Source: Camelus dromedarius (taxonomy: Eukaryota). Taken from it: DNA of 64,000 bases. The stretch's first letter is position 1. Each line of letters begins with the position of its first letter. The stretch covers positions 114,206,001 to 114,270,000 of the forward strand of contig NC_087436.1 of assembly GCF_036321535.1 (NCBI RefSeq), read 5' to 3'. The position numbers were made by a program, and so were the translations under genes. A model generated the notes under the pieces. It was not told where the DNA came from. It saw nothing but the letters and a program-made list of their open reading frames with translations, and ran no database searches. Shown piece by piece: positions 23,981 through 36,559 of this stretch.

Positions 23981-25623
23981 CCCATATATGCTCATTTCTT
24001 CGCTTTCCCATCTCCTTTCCCCAACAAGTAAAATAAGACCACTGCTTATTTCCACTGCCAGACCATCCATTTCCCCTGCTAATACATGAGGTTTATCGCT
24101 CCTTCCCAGATGTGAAATTATACTATTGGTATCATGCCTTCTGTATCTTAATCCCTTGGCTAATGTACCATTTTCCCTTGAACTGCTACACAGCGCTCTG
24201 CCCCTCCTGCTCTCCTGGCTTACTGCAAAGGCATGAGTCAACTCTTTTCCAATATTATTGTTCTAATAATAGCACTCTCACAAAACATCTCAGTCACCTT
24301 CACCTCATCATACTGTCCAGTTCTTAAATCATCTAGCTACCTGTTTATAATTGTTGCTTTTCCTTATATAGTTGTAGCAATCTACGTAAAAACCTCAGTG
24401 CAATGGTGGGTGTATACACACACAGAGGTGTAACATTTTTATACATAATATATGTACATGTATGTATATTTTTCCTACTCTTTTGAATCTTTGTTTTGGC
24501 AAATAAATTATTAACAGATGAGTTTTCGGAGAAACACATCAATATATTTAGGAAATTGAAGACTTAGTTAAAAAGTGTGCTTTAACTGCATCCATCTGCA
24601 TTCTCTTGATTCTTTAAATTCAAAGTGCTTCTTATCTATTCGTTAAAGCAGATCAAATAAGACTTGGTTTTAACAAATTCTGACTTTCCTACTTCATATA
24701 CAGCATACAGTAATAGCTCAATGTCTTAAGATTTTAACTTCAAGGTTATTATCACGACAAGCATAAATTTGAACCCACTGGGCTGACAGTCTGATAAGCC
24801 AAATAGAAACCCTCAGCTGGGATATGAGATTAGTTGACGGAAAATTCAATTTTGGATATTTTGGTACTCACACTGGAGGACAGAAATATCTGGAGTGTGA
24901 GGGTTAAGAGTCCACTGAATTCTTAGAAATGGTAATTATCCCAAGTATGACTAAAAGAGATTGGAGATGAGCAGAGCACACCAAAATGTTTATCTCTGAA
25001 AAAAAAAAATTAGATTAGTGTCTCTTTTTCGCATTACAATTGAATGAGATTAGGGACAATTTAGGATGAGAGATTTCTTGTTTAAGGGTGAGGTACAAGG
25101 TGGACAGTTTGGGAAGATTTCTAGTCTCAAATTGCTTAAATGCAACAAAATGGATGCCAAAAAAAAATGTGTACGCTTTACAATTTCTCCTCCTCCTGGA
25201 AAGATCAGCTTGGAGAATGACAGAATCTTGACCTGGCCATTCAAAGCAGTAATGGGGAGCAAGGAGCATTGAGGTCCCTCTTCTCTCACCCTCCTCATTC
25301 AACCTCTTCTCAGCCCTTGCCAAGTGATGGTGTTAACGCCGTCTCTCCAGCTCCCTACTGCTGCCTGAGTCAGGTGCCCATCTGGTCCTGCTGCTGCTGG
25401 TTCTGCTCTCCTCTCATTGTGGCCAGATTAGCTTTACCAATTTCAGACCCAATCATCTTTCCCTGCACAAGGCATAGGAAGTAGGAAGCATGCATCGTTT
25501 CCTCACATGCTCCAGTGGCTCTCTAGTACAGGCAGCAAGACGTCAAATTTCTTAAGATGACTTATAAAATTTTATTATCCCTGCCTATATTGCCAACCTC
25601 ATTTCCTAATATATCTTACCTGT

Positions 25624-25771
25624 TGAGTGACCAGACTTAGCAAAAAGGAAAAAAAAAGAATATTTGTGTATGTATGATCCATGGAATATTTGGATATACT
25701 TATACTAGAAAATTATTCTTTATCTGAAGTTCAAATTTAACTAGTTGCTCTGCATTTTATCTGGCAACCCT
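25624..25771. mobile_element. MER53 palindromic hAT MITE with a deletion in the left arm
   Basis: AATATTTGGATATACTTATACTAG..TATCTGAAGTTCAAATTTAACT..ATTTTATCTGGCAACCCT is the MER53 right arm. Confidence 0.85.
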
Positions 25772-26084
25772 CACTTACACAGACACCAAAATCAGCCAAA
25801 CTAAAATACTTCCGTGGTTTTTTTTTCTTTTTAATGCACTCTTCTATCTCACTCAACTCTAAGTTCTGTAAGAGCAGGACCATGCACTCAATCCCAAGTT
25901 CTTGGCATATTTTAGATATAGACAATCAAAAGTATTTGTTAAAGAAAGGAGGACAGGGAAGAAAAGAAGGAGAGAAAGAGATAAAGGGAGAAAGCAAAAG
26001 ATGAGGCAAGAAAAATACCTTTAAATATGACAGATTGATATAAATATGACATGATCTATATTCTTTCTAAAGTAAAAATCTTAT

Positions 26085-26352
26085 ACTTCTAAATTCCTCT
26101 GGAAATACTCTCCTAACTCCTCTCGATGGAGTTAAATGTTTCTCCTTCTGAGCGTCTGTAGCATCATGGGCACACAGCTGTAAAAGCAGGCATTATAATC
26201 CTACTATTATTATTTCATCATCCAGGCTCCCTAGTACACTGTGAGCTCATCAGTAGAAGAGAGTAAATTCTACTTATCATTTACACATCCCATGGTGCCT
26301 GGGACATTGGAGGCGTTCAACAAAGGTTTGGTTAAATGACTGGTTAAATGAA
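26085..26352 (+). mobile_element. L2 3' end
   Basis: CTAGTACACTGTGAGCTC..GGTGCCTGGGACAT..GGCGTTCAACAAAGGTTTG..AATGA. Confidence 0.7.
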
Positions 26353-26899
26353 AATGTGTTAAAGTAACTAGTAAGACCTGCAATTCAAAAAAAATAATAA
26401 GTCCAGAAAAATCTCAGGATATTTTTGAAAAGAATCCAGGGACCCTTAAGAGACTTTTCCTGGAAAGATCCTTCAACGTCAGAATGGAGCACTGATAAAT
26501 CCTTTCAGGTCTTATTCTATGGAAAAGCAGGTCCTTTTGGAGATTCATGCTGGGAGCCTGGCAAGACTGACACTCCTTTGAGTGATTCTCCATAAGAGGA
26601 TCAATTTAAGGCCACCAGACCCTACTTGTAGTTGATGTATTCTTGTCAACAGCATCCAGGTGTGCTTCATGGAATTCGGCCAAGATAACACGGAGACTGC
26701 CATCTGGAAAGATAAGTGCATCCCATGGGTTTTTCAATGACAGACTTTCTCTGTAGGTAAAAACCTCTTCTTGAGGTGTTGTGAGTGGCCAGATTCCTGA
26801 GGCCGTTTCTCCCTTGACCTGTTTTGCACATCTAGCTTATGGACACCTGGAGTCCCAAGTCCAGTGTCATCAGACCTGCCCTGAAGCTGAGGATTGGAG

Positions 26900-27508
26900 T
26901 GACTGCCTGTATCTACATGGGCAACAGAGATTGCACCACACAGTCCTAAATGAGCAGCTGCCAGACTGGCCCAGTGAACATGTGAGTCTGATCTTATCAC
27001 TCTTTTGCTCAGCCCTCTCTTGTGGTTCTCCGTCCTACTCAGAATAAAACCAAAGTCTGGGATGTGAACCTCAGGGACCTACGTGATGTGGTGCTTTGCT
27101 GCCTCTCCACATCCTGCTCTCACACTGCTCCAAACACAGCGGCTTCTCGCTGCTCCAGAAACTCCACAGCACCTCCAGGACATGTCCAATTCAGGGCTCG
27201 TGCACTGGCTGTTCCCTGCGCCTGGGACACTCCTCCCCAAGAAACCACGTGGCTGGCTCCCTTCCCTCCCCCAGGTCTTTCCTCGATGTCACCTTCTCAG
27301 CAAAGCCCCTCCCTGTACCCCTCCCCCTTCATAGACATTATCCCTTCCTATCACACCGAATTATATTAATACATTTTGTTTATTTTGTCTCTCTCTTTTA
27401 GAATGTAAGTTCCATGAGGGTGACATTTTTGGCAGCTATGTTTACTGTGGAATTGCCAGAGCCTAGAAAAATACCTGGCAATAAGCTCACCTCATATTGT
27501 TGAATGAA
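26900..27508 (+). mobile_element. L2a 3' region
   Basis: CTCAGAATAAAACCAAAG..GCACTGGCTGTTCCCTGCGCCTGG..TAGAATGTAAGTTCCATGAGGG..TATTGTTGAATGAA. Confidence 0.85.
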
Positions 27509-28109
27509 AAAGCCTTCGCATTTTCTTTGCTTATTGGTTTTAATCATCAAGAGAAAAAGCATGAAAGGTGAAAAAAAAAAAGGTAATAGTTATCAAAATT
27601 GAGAGAAAGGCCAGGTCTGCATGGCTTTGCCTCTGGAGTCGGATCTCCAGAGTCTTCGTGAGCCTCAGTTTCCTCCTCAGTGAAATGGAAACACTTGCTG
27701 CTCTTCTGACCTTAATTGTAGCTCTGCTCATCCCAGCCCTTCTAAGCTGTAGGTTATTGATGATTCTCAAACCAGATTCTGAAGCAGCTGTGAATCTTGG
27801 TGTGGAGTCTCCCAGCAGGTGGAGTCTACGCTTCATCTGGCAGCCACTAGTGCAGTGACTAACGTGGCTGAGATGAGTTACTGAAAGCCACCAGGCTGAA
27901 AACTCTCAGTGGCCCTTTTCTACACATTCAGTGTATAAGATTTGGCATTAGTCTCAGTGAATAGACTCAAAGCCCGTCCCAGCTCAAGTCCTAAAATCTC
28001 ACTTAGCTAGGTCAAGGTCCTCTCTCTAGAATCTAAATCCTAATCCTACAAATCCAATTCCTTGACCACCTCAATCCCAAGCGGATCAACATCCTTTTCT
28101 ATACCCGGG

Positions 28110-28290
28110 AAGGAGTGAAGCATGCGGTGGGACCAGATGCACCTCGGCTTAAGCCTTGCCCTCTTCATTTTCCATCAGGATCACCTTGAACAAGTCGCCC
28201 CTCTAGGTCTTTGTTTCCTCAGTTGTTAGTGAAAGCATTGTCAGATCTCAGAGGGACTGGCTCACATGGAGAAGGCATTCAGCCAATGTG
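28110..28290 (+). mobile_element. MIR SINE
   Basis: ACCTTGAACAAGTCGC..TGTTTCCTCA. Confidence 0.5.
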
Positions 28291-28689
28291 AGGTCTCCCC
28301 TCCTATTTGAGAGGACAGGCAAGCTGCTCTTCCTTGCCCTCTTCCACTACCTCCTGCTTGACCCTTGGTCATCAGTCCCAGCCTTGTTCTATACAAAGTT
28401 CAACATGCCTCACTGAGCCCTGAGATTGAATCTACTAGTCATTCCTCTTGGGAGCCCGTTCTGCATCCTACTAAGCTGTCATTTGATCCCCTGAGACCTC
28501 CTGACATGCTCCTGATACCTGTTAAATTTTGTGAGAAATACAGGGTGTGTGAGAGCAGGTTGCAAAGTCTAAAGTGATGCACCAAATAGAAGGGAAAATC
28601 ATTTTTAATGTAAAATGTTAATCCTGCAAGATAAAGACAAAAAAAAAAAAAGAAGAAGAAGAAGAAACTCCCACGTATCAGGGACTTTC

Positions 28690-28880
28690 CACAAATATGA
28701 CGTGTACTCTCTCACACTTCGTTTGATTCTCAATGACTCAGTAGTTCAACATTAGTCTCCACAGTTTAAAAATGGGGACACTGAGACCTGGATCATGTAA
28801 TGCCTGAATTTACAAGGCAAACCTGCAGTGAAGGAGAATTCGAATCCAAACGGGTCTGACTCTATCCGGATCATGCCTTT
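28690..28880 (-). mobile_element. MIR SINE
   Basis: TTTGATTCTCAA..ATGGGGACACTGAGAC..ATTCGAATCC..GTCTGACTC. Confidence 0.65.
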
Positions 28881-29459
28881 TAAACTTCACCATGCTTCCT
28901 GCCAAGACACGTTTAACAGACTGAATATTATTCCAAGCCAACTCAGATTGGCCAAGGAGCCCAACATATTGGTGTTCTCTGTCAGTGAGAAGTAATTTTT
29001 CTCTTCATTTTTTTTATGTGGGCAGGTAAGAAAACAGAAGTTCATTAGAATGGGAACTCCTGGAATAAACGTGCTGTGACTCACTCATGTGTCTAACCAC
29101 AGCAGTCCTACAGGTTATCATAAAGTCCTTGTTGAATGTAGTCTTTATGTTTAAGATTTAAAATTGTTTTTCATAATTGAAAATAGTAAGGTTCTCCCTT
29201 ATAACATATGAAGAGAGAAAAAAGACACAACCAGATTTTTACTATCCAGATACAAATATTTAGAGTGCTTTCTTCTAGTTTGAATGATGTGCGTGTTTTA
29301 AATTATGATGTTAAGGCATATTAAAATTAAACATAGTTATTTTTAATACTGTCTACTTTCTTTTAGCTTTAAGAGAGCAAATTTTATTCATGTAGAAAAT
29401 TTGAAATTTCAAAAAGTGCAAAGAATAAATTACACAATGTAACTTTTAAAAAATAATGA

Positions 29460-29703
29460 TAATCCATTTTGAGTTGATTTTTGTATATGGTGTAAGGGAG
29501 TGTTCTAGCTTCATTGTTTTACATGCTGCTGTCCAGTTTTCCCAACACCATTTGCTGAAGAGACTGTCTTTATTCCAATGTATATTCTTGCCTCCTTTGT
29601 CAAAGATGAGTTGACCAAAAGTTTGTGGGTTCATTTCTGGGCTCTCTATTCTGTTCCATTGGTCTATATGTCTGTTTTGGTACCAATACCATGCTGTCTT
29701 GAT
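29460..29703 (-). mobile_element. Inverted 5' segment of a young L1 (twin-priming inversion)
   Basis: Minus strand encodes [35 protein letters not shown], the ORF2 stretch that immediately precedes the plus-strand piece. Confidence 0.95.
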
Positions 29704-30942
29704 AAACATAAGACAAGATACAATAAATCTCCTACAGGAAAACATAGGCAAAACATTATCTGACATACATTTAAAAAATTTTCTCCTAGAAGAAATAAAA
29801 GCAAGAATAAACAAATGGGACCTAATGAAACTTACAAGCTTCTGCACAGCAAAGGAAACCAGAAATAAAACAAGAAGAAAACCTACGGAATGGGAGAAAA
29901 TTTTTGCAAGTGAAACCGACAAAGGCTTGATCTCCAGAATATATAAGCAGCTCATACGACTCAATAAGAAAAAAAATAAACAACCCAATCCAAAAATGGG
30001 CAGAAGACCTAAACAAGCAATTCTCCAAGGAAGACATACAAATGATCAAAAAGCACATGAAAAAATGCTCCATATCACTAATTATCAGAGAAATGCAAAT
30101 CAAAACTACAATGAGGTATCACCTCACACCAGTCAGAATGGCCATCATTCAAAAATCCACAAATGACAAATGCTGGAGAGGCTGTGGAGAAAGGGGAACT
30201 CTCCTACACTGCTGGTGGGAATGCAGTTTGGTGCAGCCACTATGGAAAACAGTGTGGAGATTCCTCAAAAGACTAGGAATAGACTTAACCATATGACCCA
30301 GGAATCCCACTCCTGCGCTTGTATCCAGAAGGAAATCTACTTCAGGATGACACCTGCACCCCAATGTTCATAGCAGCACTATTTACAATAGCCAAGACAT
30401 GGAAACAGCCTAAATGTCCATCAACAGGTGACTGGATAAAGAAGAGGTGGTATATTTATGCAATGGAATACTACTCAGCCATAAAAACTGACAACATAAT
30501 GCCATTTGCAGCAACATGGATGCTCCTGGAGAATGTCATTCTAAGTGAAGTAAGCCAGAAAGAGAAAGAAAAATACCATATGAGATCGCTCATATGTGGA
30601 ATCTAAAAAACAAAAACAAAAACAAACAAACAAACAAAAACAAAGTGTAAATAAAGGACAGAAATAGACTCACAGACAGAGAATACAGACTTGTGGTTAC
30701 CAGGGGGGTGGAGGGTGGGAAGGGATAGACTGGGATTTCAAAATTGTAGAATAGACTACACTGTATAGCACAGGGAAATATACACAAAATGTTATGATAA
30801 CTCACAGAGACAAAAATGTGACAATGAGTGTGTATATGTCCATGAATAACTGAAAAATTGTGCTGAACACTGGAATTTGACACAACATTGTAAAATGATT
30901 ATAAATCAATAAAAAATGTTAAAAAAAATAAAAAATAAAAAA
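29704..30942 (+). mobile_element. Young lineage-specific L1, ORF2 C-terminus (frameshifted), 3' UTR and poly-A
   Basis: ORFs 29699-30166, 30042-30296 and 30319-30606 tile the ORF2 C-terminus ([51 protein letters not shown]); ORF2 stop at 30604-30606. Confidence 0.97.
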
Positions 30943-31429
30943 TTCTTCAGGGCATTTTATTAAAGGTATTAAAATACTTTAAAAAAATGATAATCAAGTG
31001 TATAACTAATGATAACCAGAGACTGCTACTTTTGTTTTTGCCCTTCGCCATTTCTATGTATTTTAATGTGTTTGAAATAATGGCATATGTATTGCTTTTA
31101 AGCATAAAGAACTCAGACATGCTCATAGTTTCTAGATGAAAGGTAAAATAAAGAGAGGCTTAATGACAGATAATATCTGCCAGTGGGTGGTATAGTTCTT
31201 TCCAAAAACTCAGGCTCTTAATATAAATTTTAAAGTTGCAGAAAATCACTATTCAGTTTCTGTGGTATTGAAAATGGCCATATGTCACTCTCTGCAGCTC
31301 CACTTTTGTAGAGAAGAAATGGATTTTTTGTTGTTTTTTCTTAATCCTCTCAGAGGTGTTTTAAAAATTTCAGTGTTTTAGCAATAATTACCGAGTGCTT
31401 GAACAGAAAACTAAGAACTATTGTTTTAA

Positions 31430-32713
31430 ATGGGCATCAGACATGGACGCAGAATTATGCTTATTCTCAAATTCACTGGTCTTACCGTGGTCCAGACCGT
31501 CGTGAAGCAGCTGACTTTATAGACCAGTGGAATGGCCTTTGAAGACTCGCAATGCCAGCTAGGTGCAACTCTTTGCAGGGCTTGGGCGAGGTTCAGCAGG
31601 AGCGTGTACATGGTCTGACTTAGTGCCCAGTATGTGGTTCTGTTTCTCCCATATCCAAGGTTCGGGGGTCGAGGAATCAAGGGGTGGAAATGGAAGTGGC
31701 CCCACTCATTATTACTCTTAGTGACTTACTAGCAAAATTTTTGCTTCCTATTCCTGCAACCTTAGCCCTGCTGGCCTAAACATCTTAGTTCCAGGGGGAG
31801 GAATGCTTCTACCAGGAGACACAAAACTGATTCCATGGAAATGGAAATTAAGATTGCCACTCAGCTGCTTTGGGCTCCTCATGACACTGAATCAACAGGC
31901 CAACAGTGAAAGAGAGTTACTGTGCTGGCCGGGATGATTGATCCTGACTACCAAGAGGAAATTAAATTACTGCTCCACGATGGAGGTAAGGAAGAATACG
32001 TCTGGAATACAGGAACTCTCTTAGGGTGTCTCTTAGTATTACCATGACCTGTGATAAAGGTCAATGACAAACTACAACAACTCAAATCAGGCAGAACTAA
32101 TAATGGCACAGACTCTTGTGGAATGACAGGTTGGATCACCCCACCAGGCAAAGACCATGATTGGCTGAGGTGCTTGCTGAGGGCAAAGAGAACAAAGAAT
32201 GGGTAGTGGAAGAAGATAATTATAAATGCTGTGACAACATGACAATCTACAGAAACTAGGACTGTAACTGTCGTAAGTATTTTCTCCTTATTTTGTTATG
32301 TACATGTTTTTATGTATATGTAGCCTATAAATAAGCTACCTGCTTTATATTTACATATAAATTTATTTTCTTTTGTATTTAAACAAAATATACAGTTTTA
32401 ATTGTTTGCTTTTTCTTTTTTTTTTCTCTTATTCTTATATCATGTAACATAAGGTGTATGACTCTGTATCATAGAAGTTAAGTATTGTTAATTTTACATC
32501 ATGGTACTTAAGCTCCAGGATGTCAAGGAGAAGAGTAAACATCACTCAAGGACTTCACTTCTTTTTCTGGAGAAGAAATTAGTGCATTTTTGGTTGTAGT
32601 CAGGATAGTTGTTTTGTGCTAGGCAGAATTATGACCTTCTTACTGTCTTTATTAGGAAATTAAATACGGTTTAAGGAGATGCATATGGGTGCCAAGATGA
32701 CAAAGGATGAATT
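31430..32713 (+). mobile_element. ERVL internal region (integrase C-terminal part, dUTPase, 3' UTR, purine-rich tract); 5' part missing
   Basis: HWSYRGPDRREAADFIDQWNGL resembles ERVL integrase HWSYHVPHHPEAAGLIERWNGL; downstream dUTPase; abuts the MLT2 LTR. Confidence 0.92.
31770..32047 (+). pseudogene. Decayed ERVL dUTPase domain
   Basis: 31916-32044 reads VTVLAGMIDPDYQEEIKLLLHDGGKEEYVWNTGTLLGCLLVLP then TGA; motif III GxIDxDY at 31931-31951; apparent upstream frameshift. Confidence 0.85.
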
Positions 32714-33199
32714 TGTGGTGGTTAATGTTATGCATCAACTTGACTGGGTCATGGGGTGCCCAGATTAAACATTATCTCAGGGTTTATCTGTGATGGTGTT
32801 TCCACATGAGAGTGTGTTTGATGAGTAAACTGAATAAAGCCCACTGTCCTCCTCAGTGTGGGTGGGTACCATTCAATCTGTTGAGAGCCTGCATAGGAAA
32901 AAAGAGAGAGAGAGAGAGAAGAGGGGGGAATTAGCAATTTGCTTTCTCTGTTTGGCTCTCTGAACTGGGATGTGGGTCTTGTTTTGTCCTTGATTGAGAC
33001 ATAAACTATTAGACATTTAGTTTTCAGAACTACACCACAGGCATCCCTGGGTCTCCAGCTCACAGACAGCAGATTGTGGGACTTCTCAGCATCCATAACC
33101 ATGTGAGACAACACTTACAATAAATCATGTATTAAATTATATGTCATATATATATATATATATCCTGTTGGTTCTGTTTCTCAGCAGAACCCCATTACA
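32714..33199 (+). mobile_element. MLT2 (C/D-type) 3' LTR of the ERVL
   Basis: TGTGGTGGTTAATGTTATGCATCAACTTGACTGGG...AATAAA..TCCTGTTGGTTCTGTTTCTC..GAACCC..ACA. Confidence 0.93.
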
Positions 33200-33700
33200 G
33201 TGCACAGTATCTTTTTCCTCTTAAAAATGTACAGATGCAATTCTCCTAAAAGACCTTTGGCATTCAATACCCCAGAAGTTCTGAAACTGTCTCTCACAAC
33301 AATTTAATTTTCTATAATCCCAGTTATGTTCTTAACTGCTCCTTAATGCTCAGTGTAGTTCCACAGTGGAACTTTTAGGATTCCTAGAAATTCTTCCTCA
33401 TATCATCCAGCTCCTTTTCCATGTCATTTTATTGTCTTTTCTTTATGACCTTTGTCCTATTTTTAAGAGGCTAACATTTCTTGCATCTCATCGAATGATG
33501 CCAAATAATCTCCTAAAAAAGGAAAATCCATTTCCTGCAGCAGATCTCTGTCAAGGGTCTGTTTTTCCTTTGAGTTTTCATGATTGTCTTTGATAGTCAT
33601 TGTTCCAAGTTCCTGTGCTGTGATTGTTGTCATTGTTGGCGTGCACATTCTTCACGTTCTGTTAGGTTTTTTCATTTCTAAATAAAAGAAGGTACATCAA
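33200..33700 (-). mobile_element. Very old L1M/HAL1-like fragment (possible host of the ERVL)
   Basis: T-rich degenerate sequence resembling an antisense L1 ORF1 region; similar character at about 31100-31420; weak recognition only. Confidence 0.3.
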
Positions 33701-33943
33701 GCCCAGCGTTTCCCAGAAGAGCTCAACGATGAATGTTTCTTGACCCCACTTCCTTCTGGTCAGGTCCTCTTTTCCAAGGTAAAACGACACACCAGTTGAA
33801 AGGTCACTGCTCCAAGATAAGTTCCACATTCTAATAACAGGCTTTATGACCTGTGGCTCTAAGAGGCAGAAATGGAATTCTGCCCACATTCTTTCTGGAT
33901 TTCTGACAACACAAACAGTTGCTGAATATGAAAATAATCATCG

Positions 33944-33980
33944 CCCCCCCCCCGCCACACACACACACACACACACATAC
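33944..33980. repeat. C-run plus (CA)n microsatellite
   Basis: Seen directly. Confidence 0.9.
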
Positions 33981-34309
33981 TGCTACTAGGGTCTTCCCCC
34001 TTCTCCTCCCCACCAAAGGCACAGGAACCCACCCTGGGTGGCTGTGCATCACTGCCATTAACGTCCTCCTCCTCTCTTGTCCTCAGAGAATGGCCATCTC
34101 TGAGGTAGTAAGATAAATAATAAGAGAGGAGAGAGACCAGAACTTGCCTCATAAAATGGAAAGGCCACCCGGGATAAAGATGGCTGCGAAGAACAGACAG
34201 GAAGCAGCAAACCAGCCACCCATAGGAGGAGCCTAACACTCAGACATGTTTGAAATGGTCAGCACCTTTTGTAAAATATTAGTGCAATACTAAATCTAAA
34301 TAAATAAGA

Positions 34310-34501
34310 GCATACAAATAAAACCTAGGTTTCCAGCTTCTGCTCAGCTATGGAAAGATTTGGCAAATTTGTCCCTGTGTTCTTGCAAGACAAAAATTGG
34401 TTTTCTTTACATAAAACATATCTTCTTCAGTTTTCCTCAGTCCTCTCCCTGGTCAGTCCACTCATTTTTGTTACCTTAGGAGTTTGAATTTTCAACCCCT
34501 G
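34310..34501 (-). mobile_element. MER102-type hAT element
   Basis: Ends CACTCATTTTTGTTACC..TTTGAATTTTCAACCCCTG, the reverse of the MER102 start. Confidence 0.65.
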
Positions 34502-34520
34502 ATAGAAGTGAGTTTTCCAG

Positions 34521-34985
34521 TATGGATTAGTCTCCTAGAGCCATAACAAGTTACCACAAATTTAGAGGCTTAAAACAACAGGAATTTGTTCTTTCACAAT
34601 TGTGAAGGTCAAAAGTCCAAATAAAGATGTTAGCAGGGCCATGCTGCCTCTGGAGGCTCCAGAGGAGAAAGCTTCATTGCTTCTTCTGGCTTTGGTGGCT
34701 TCTGGCATTCCTGGTTTGTGGCCACATCATCCCAATCTCTGCCTTAGTCTTCACGCGGCCAACTTCTCTCTGTGTGTCTCTGTGTGTCCTTTTCTGTCCC
34801 TTATAAGAACACTCCAACTAGATTTAGAACCTACCTGAATCCAGATGATCTCATCTGGACCCTCATCTTAACTATATCTGCAGAGACTCTATTTCCAAAT
34901 GAGGTCACATTCTGAAGTTTCAGGTAGATATTAATTTCCACCAAGGGATCGATTCAGGGATGCACAAAATGGGGGATACACAACA
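34521..34985 (-). mobile_element. MLT1B-type MaLR LTR
   Basis: GGCTTAAAACAACAG..GCAGGGCCATGCT..CTTATAAGAACAC..CTATTTCCAAATGAGGTCACATTCTGA. Confidence 0.9.
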
Positions 34986-35936
34986 GAAGAAGGACAATGG
35001 TTGTGTCCACCTTTTTTCTATGGAATAATTCCCCAATAGCACACCCAAGCCCATGGAATGTGTTCTTCTCTCAAGTTCCACTGACCTTAAAGGTGGAAAA
35101 AAAAAATTCTCCTGGCTCCAACCTTCAGTTGATTGTCAGCCCAAGTTTATGGCTGTGTTTTGAGTTTACATCTTCTTTTAAACCTTCGCAGGCATTTTAT
35201 TGCACATTACAGAGAAGCTGTACCAGGAGCTGTTAGCAGATACCATTTTAAACCAGCAGTCAGTGAATCAACTTTACAAGCTGCAATTTAGAAAATAAGG
35301 AAAGGATGAAGTTTTCTCCCCCTCCAAGTACACTCCTCATTTCCTCCACACTCCCACCCCTCCCAATTCTTCTCCTCAAATGCACCAATCACGTGGGTGA
35401 CTGTCAAGTAATACGGGAAGCCAGATATGGTAACTGTCATCTGAGGATAGAGCAAAAGACTAGATGAGACCGAATGAGACACTGCAATACAGCTGCTGAG
35501 ATCTTTAAATCCTGAGCTCTGAAGCTTCCATTTGTTGATTAAATAATGAAAACAGGTTAGGAAAATGTTAGTAATCAGCTCCACACAATAGCTTTTGTTG
35601 CTGATTTGTATATTTAATGAAAAAAACTAATTACTTTATATTCATTATTTTATTATGGTTAATATGCCATAGCAAATGTGCAAGGATGAAAGCCTTTATG
35701 TACAAGAAAAGTGCTTTACTCCTCGGAAGACTAAAGAAAAAGAAACAGAAGGAAGAACCTTACACTTTCAAAAGCTGGCTCTGGAAACTGAGGTCTGGAG
35801 TGGCAAAAGGACTTTCCCCAAATCATCCAGCTAATTGGCAAAGAAATTGGAACCATATTTCAGGCCTCCTGCCTTTCAGGTTACTGTTCTCTGCAGAAAT
35901 AATACAGTTAAATCACCTAAAGTTAAGAATATGTTA

Positions 35937-35982
35937 TTTTCTATACTAATTCCATTCATTTTTCTATACTAATTCCATTCAT
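35937..35982. repeat. Perfect 23-bp tandem duplication
   Basis: TTTTCTATACTAATTCCATTCAT x2. Confidence 0.95.
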
Positions 35983-36109
35983 TCATATATTACTTGCAGT
36001 TTTACAAAGGACGTTATGTCATTTGATTCCCATCAGAATCCGCTGGTATCAGAACAGTAAGTATTACTACTCTAGTCTGTAGGTAAGAGAATTTATATTT
36101 GAACGGAGG

Positions 36110-36410
36110 CTGAAGAGTAGATGTTCACCAGGTGGGTAAGAGAAGAAACAGCATTCCAACTGGAAGGGGGGAATTACATGGGCAAGAGACCTGGGTGTAC
36201 AACAGGGCACAGCCTTTCAGGTCGCTTCCAAGAAGAGTGTGGTTTTGGAAAGAGATCCCCAGAAAGGTTCAGATCAGGTTATAAAGGCCTTTCTGTGCTA
36301 GGATGAAGACTTTGAACTTAATTTGTCAGATAAGCAGGCTGGTGATGGTTTTTAAAACACAAGTGTGACATGATCAGAATTGTGTTTTAGAAAAATAGGT
36401 CTGTAGAGTA
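36110..36410 (-). mobile_element. L2 fragment
   Basis: GCATTCCAACTGGAAGGG..ACATGGGCAAG..GACATGATCAGA..GTGTTTTAGAAA. Confidence 0.7.
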
Positions 36411-36559
36411 ACACCTTCATATTGAAATAACGCCTACCTCCCTCCTACTTCACGTTCAGACAGGTAACAAAAAATAAGAATATAAAACAATAGTAAGGGA
36501 GAAATATTATGACAAAACGGAGAGAAATTTGATGCCCAAGCTAAAAGGAACAGCCACTA

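Noticed and set aside
29446..29988. Longest ORF (180 aa, minus strand) as a novel gene
   Set aside because: Chimera of antisense L1 and sense ORF2 read across the inversion junction.
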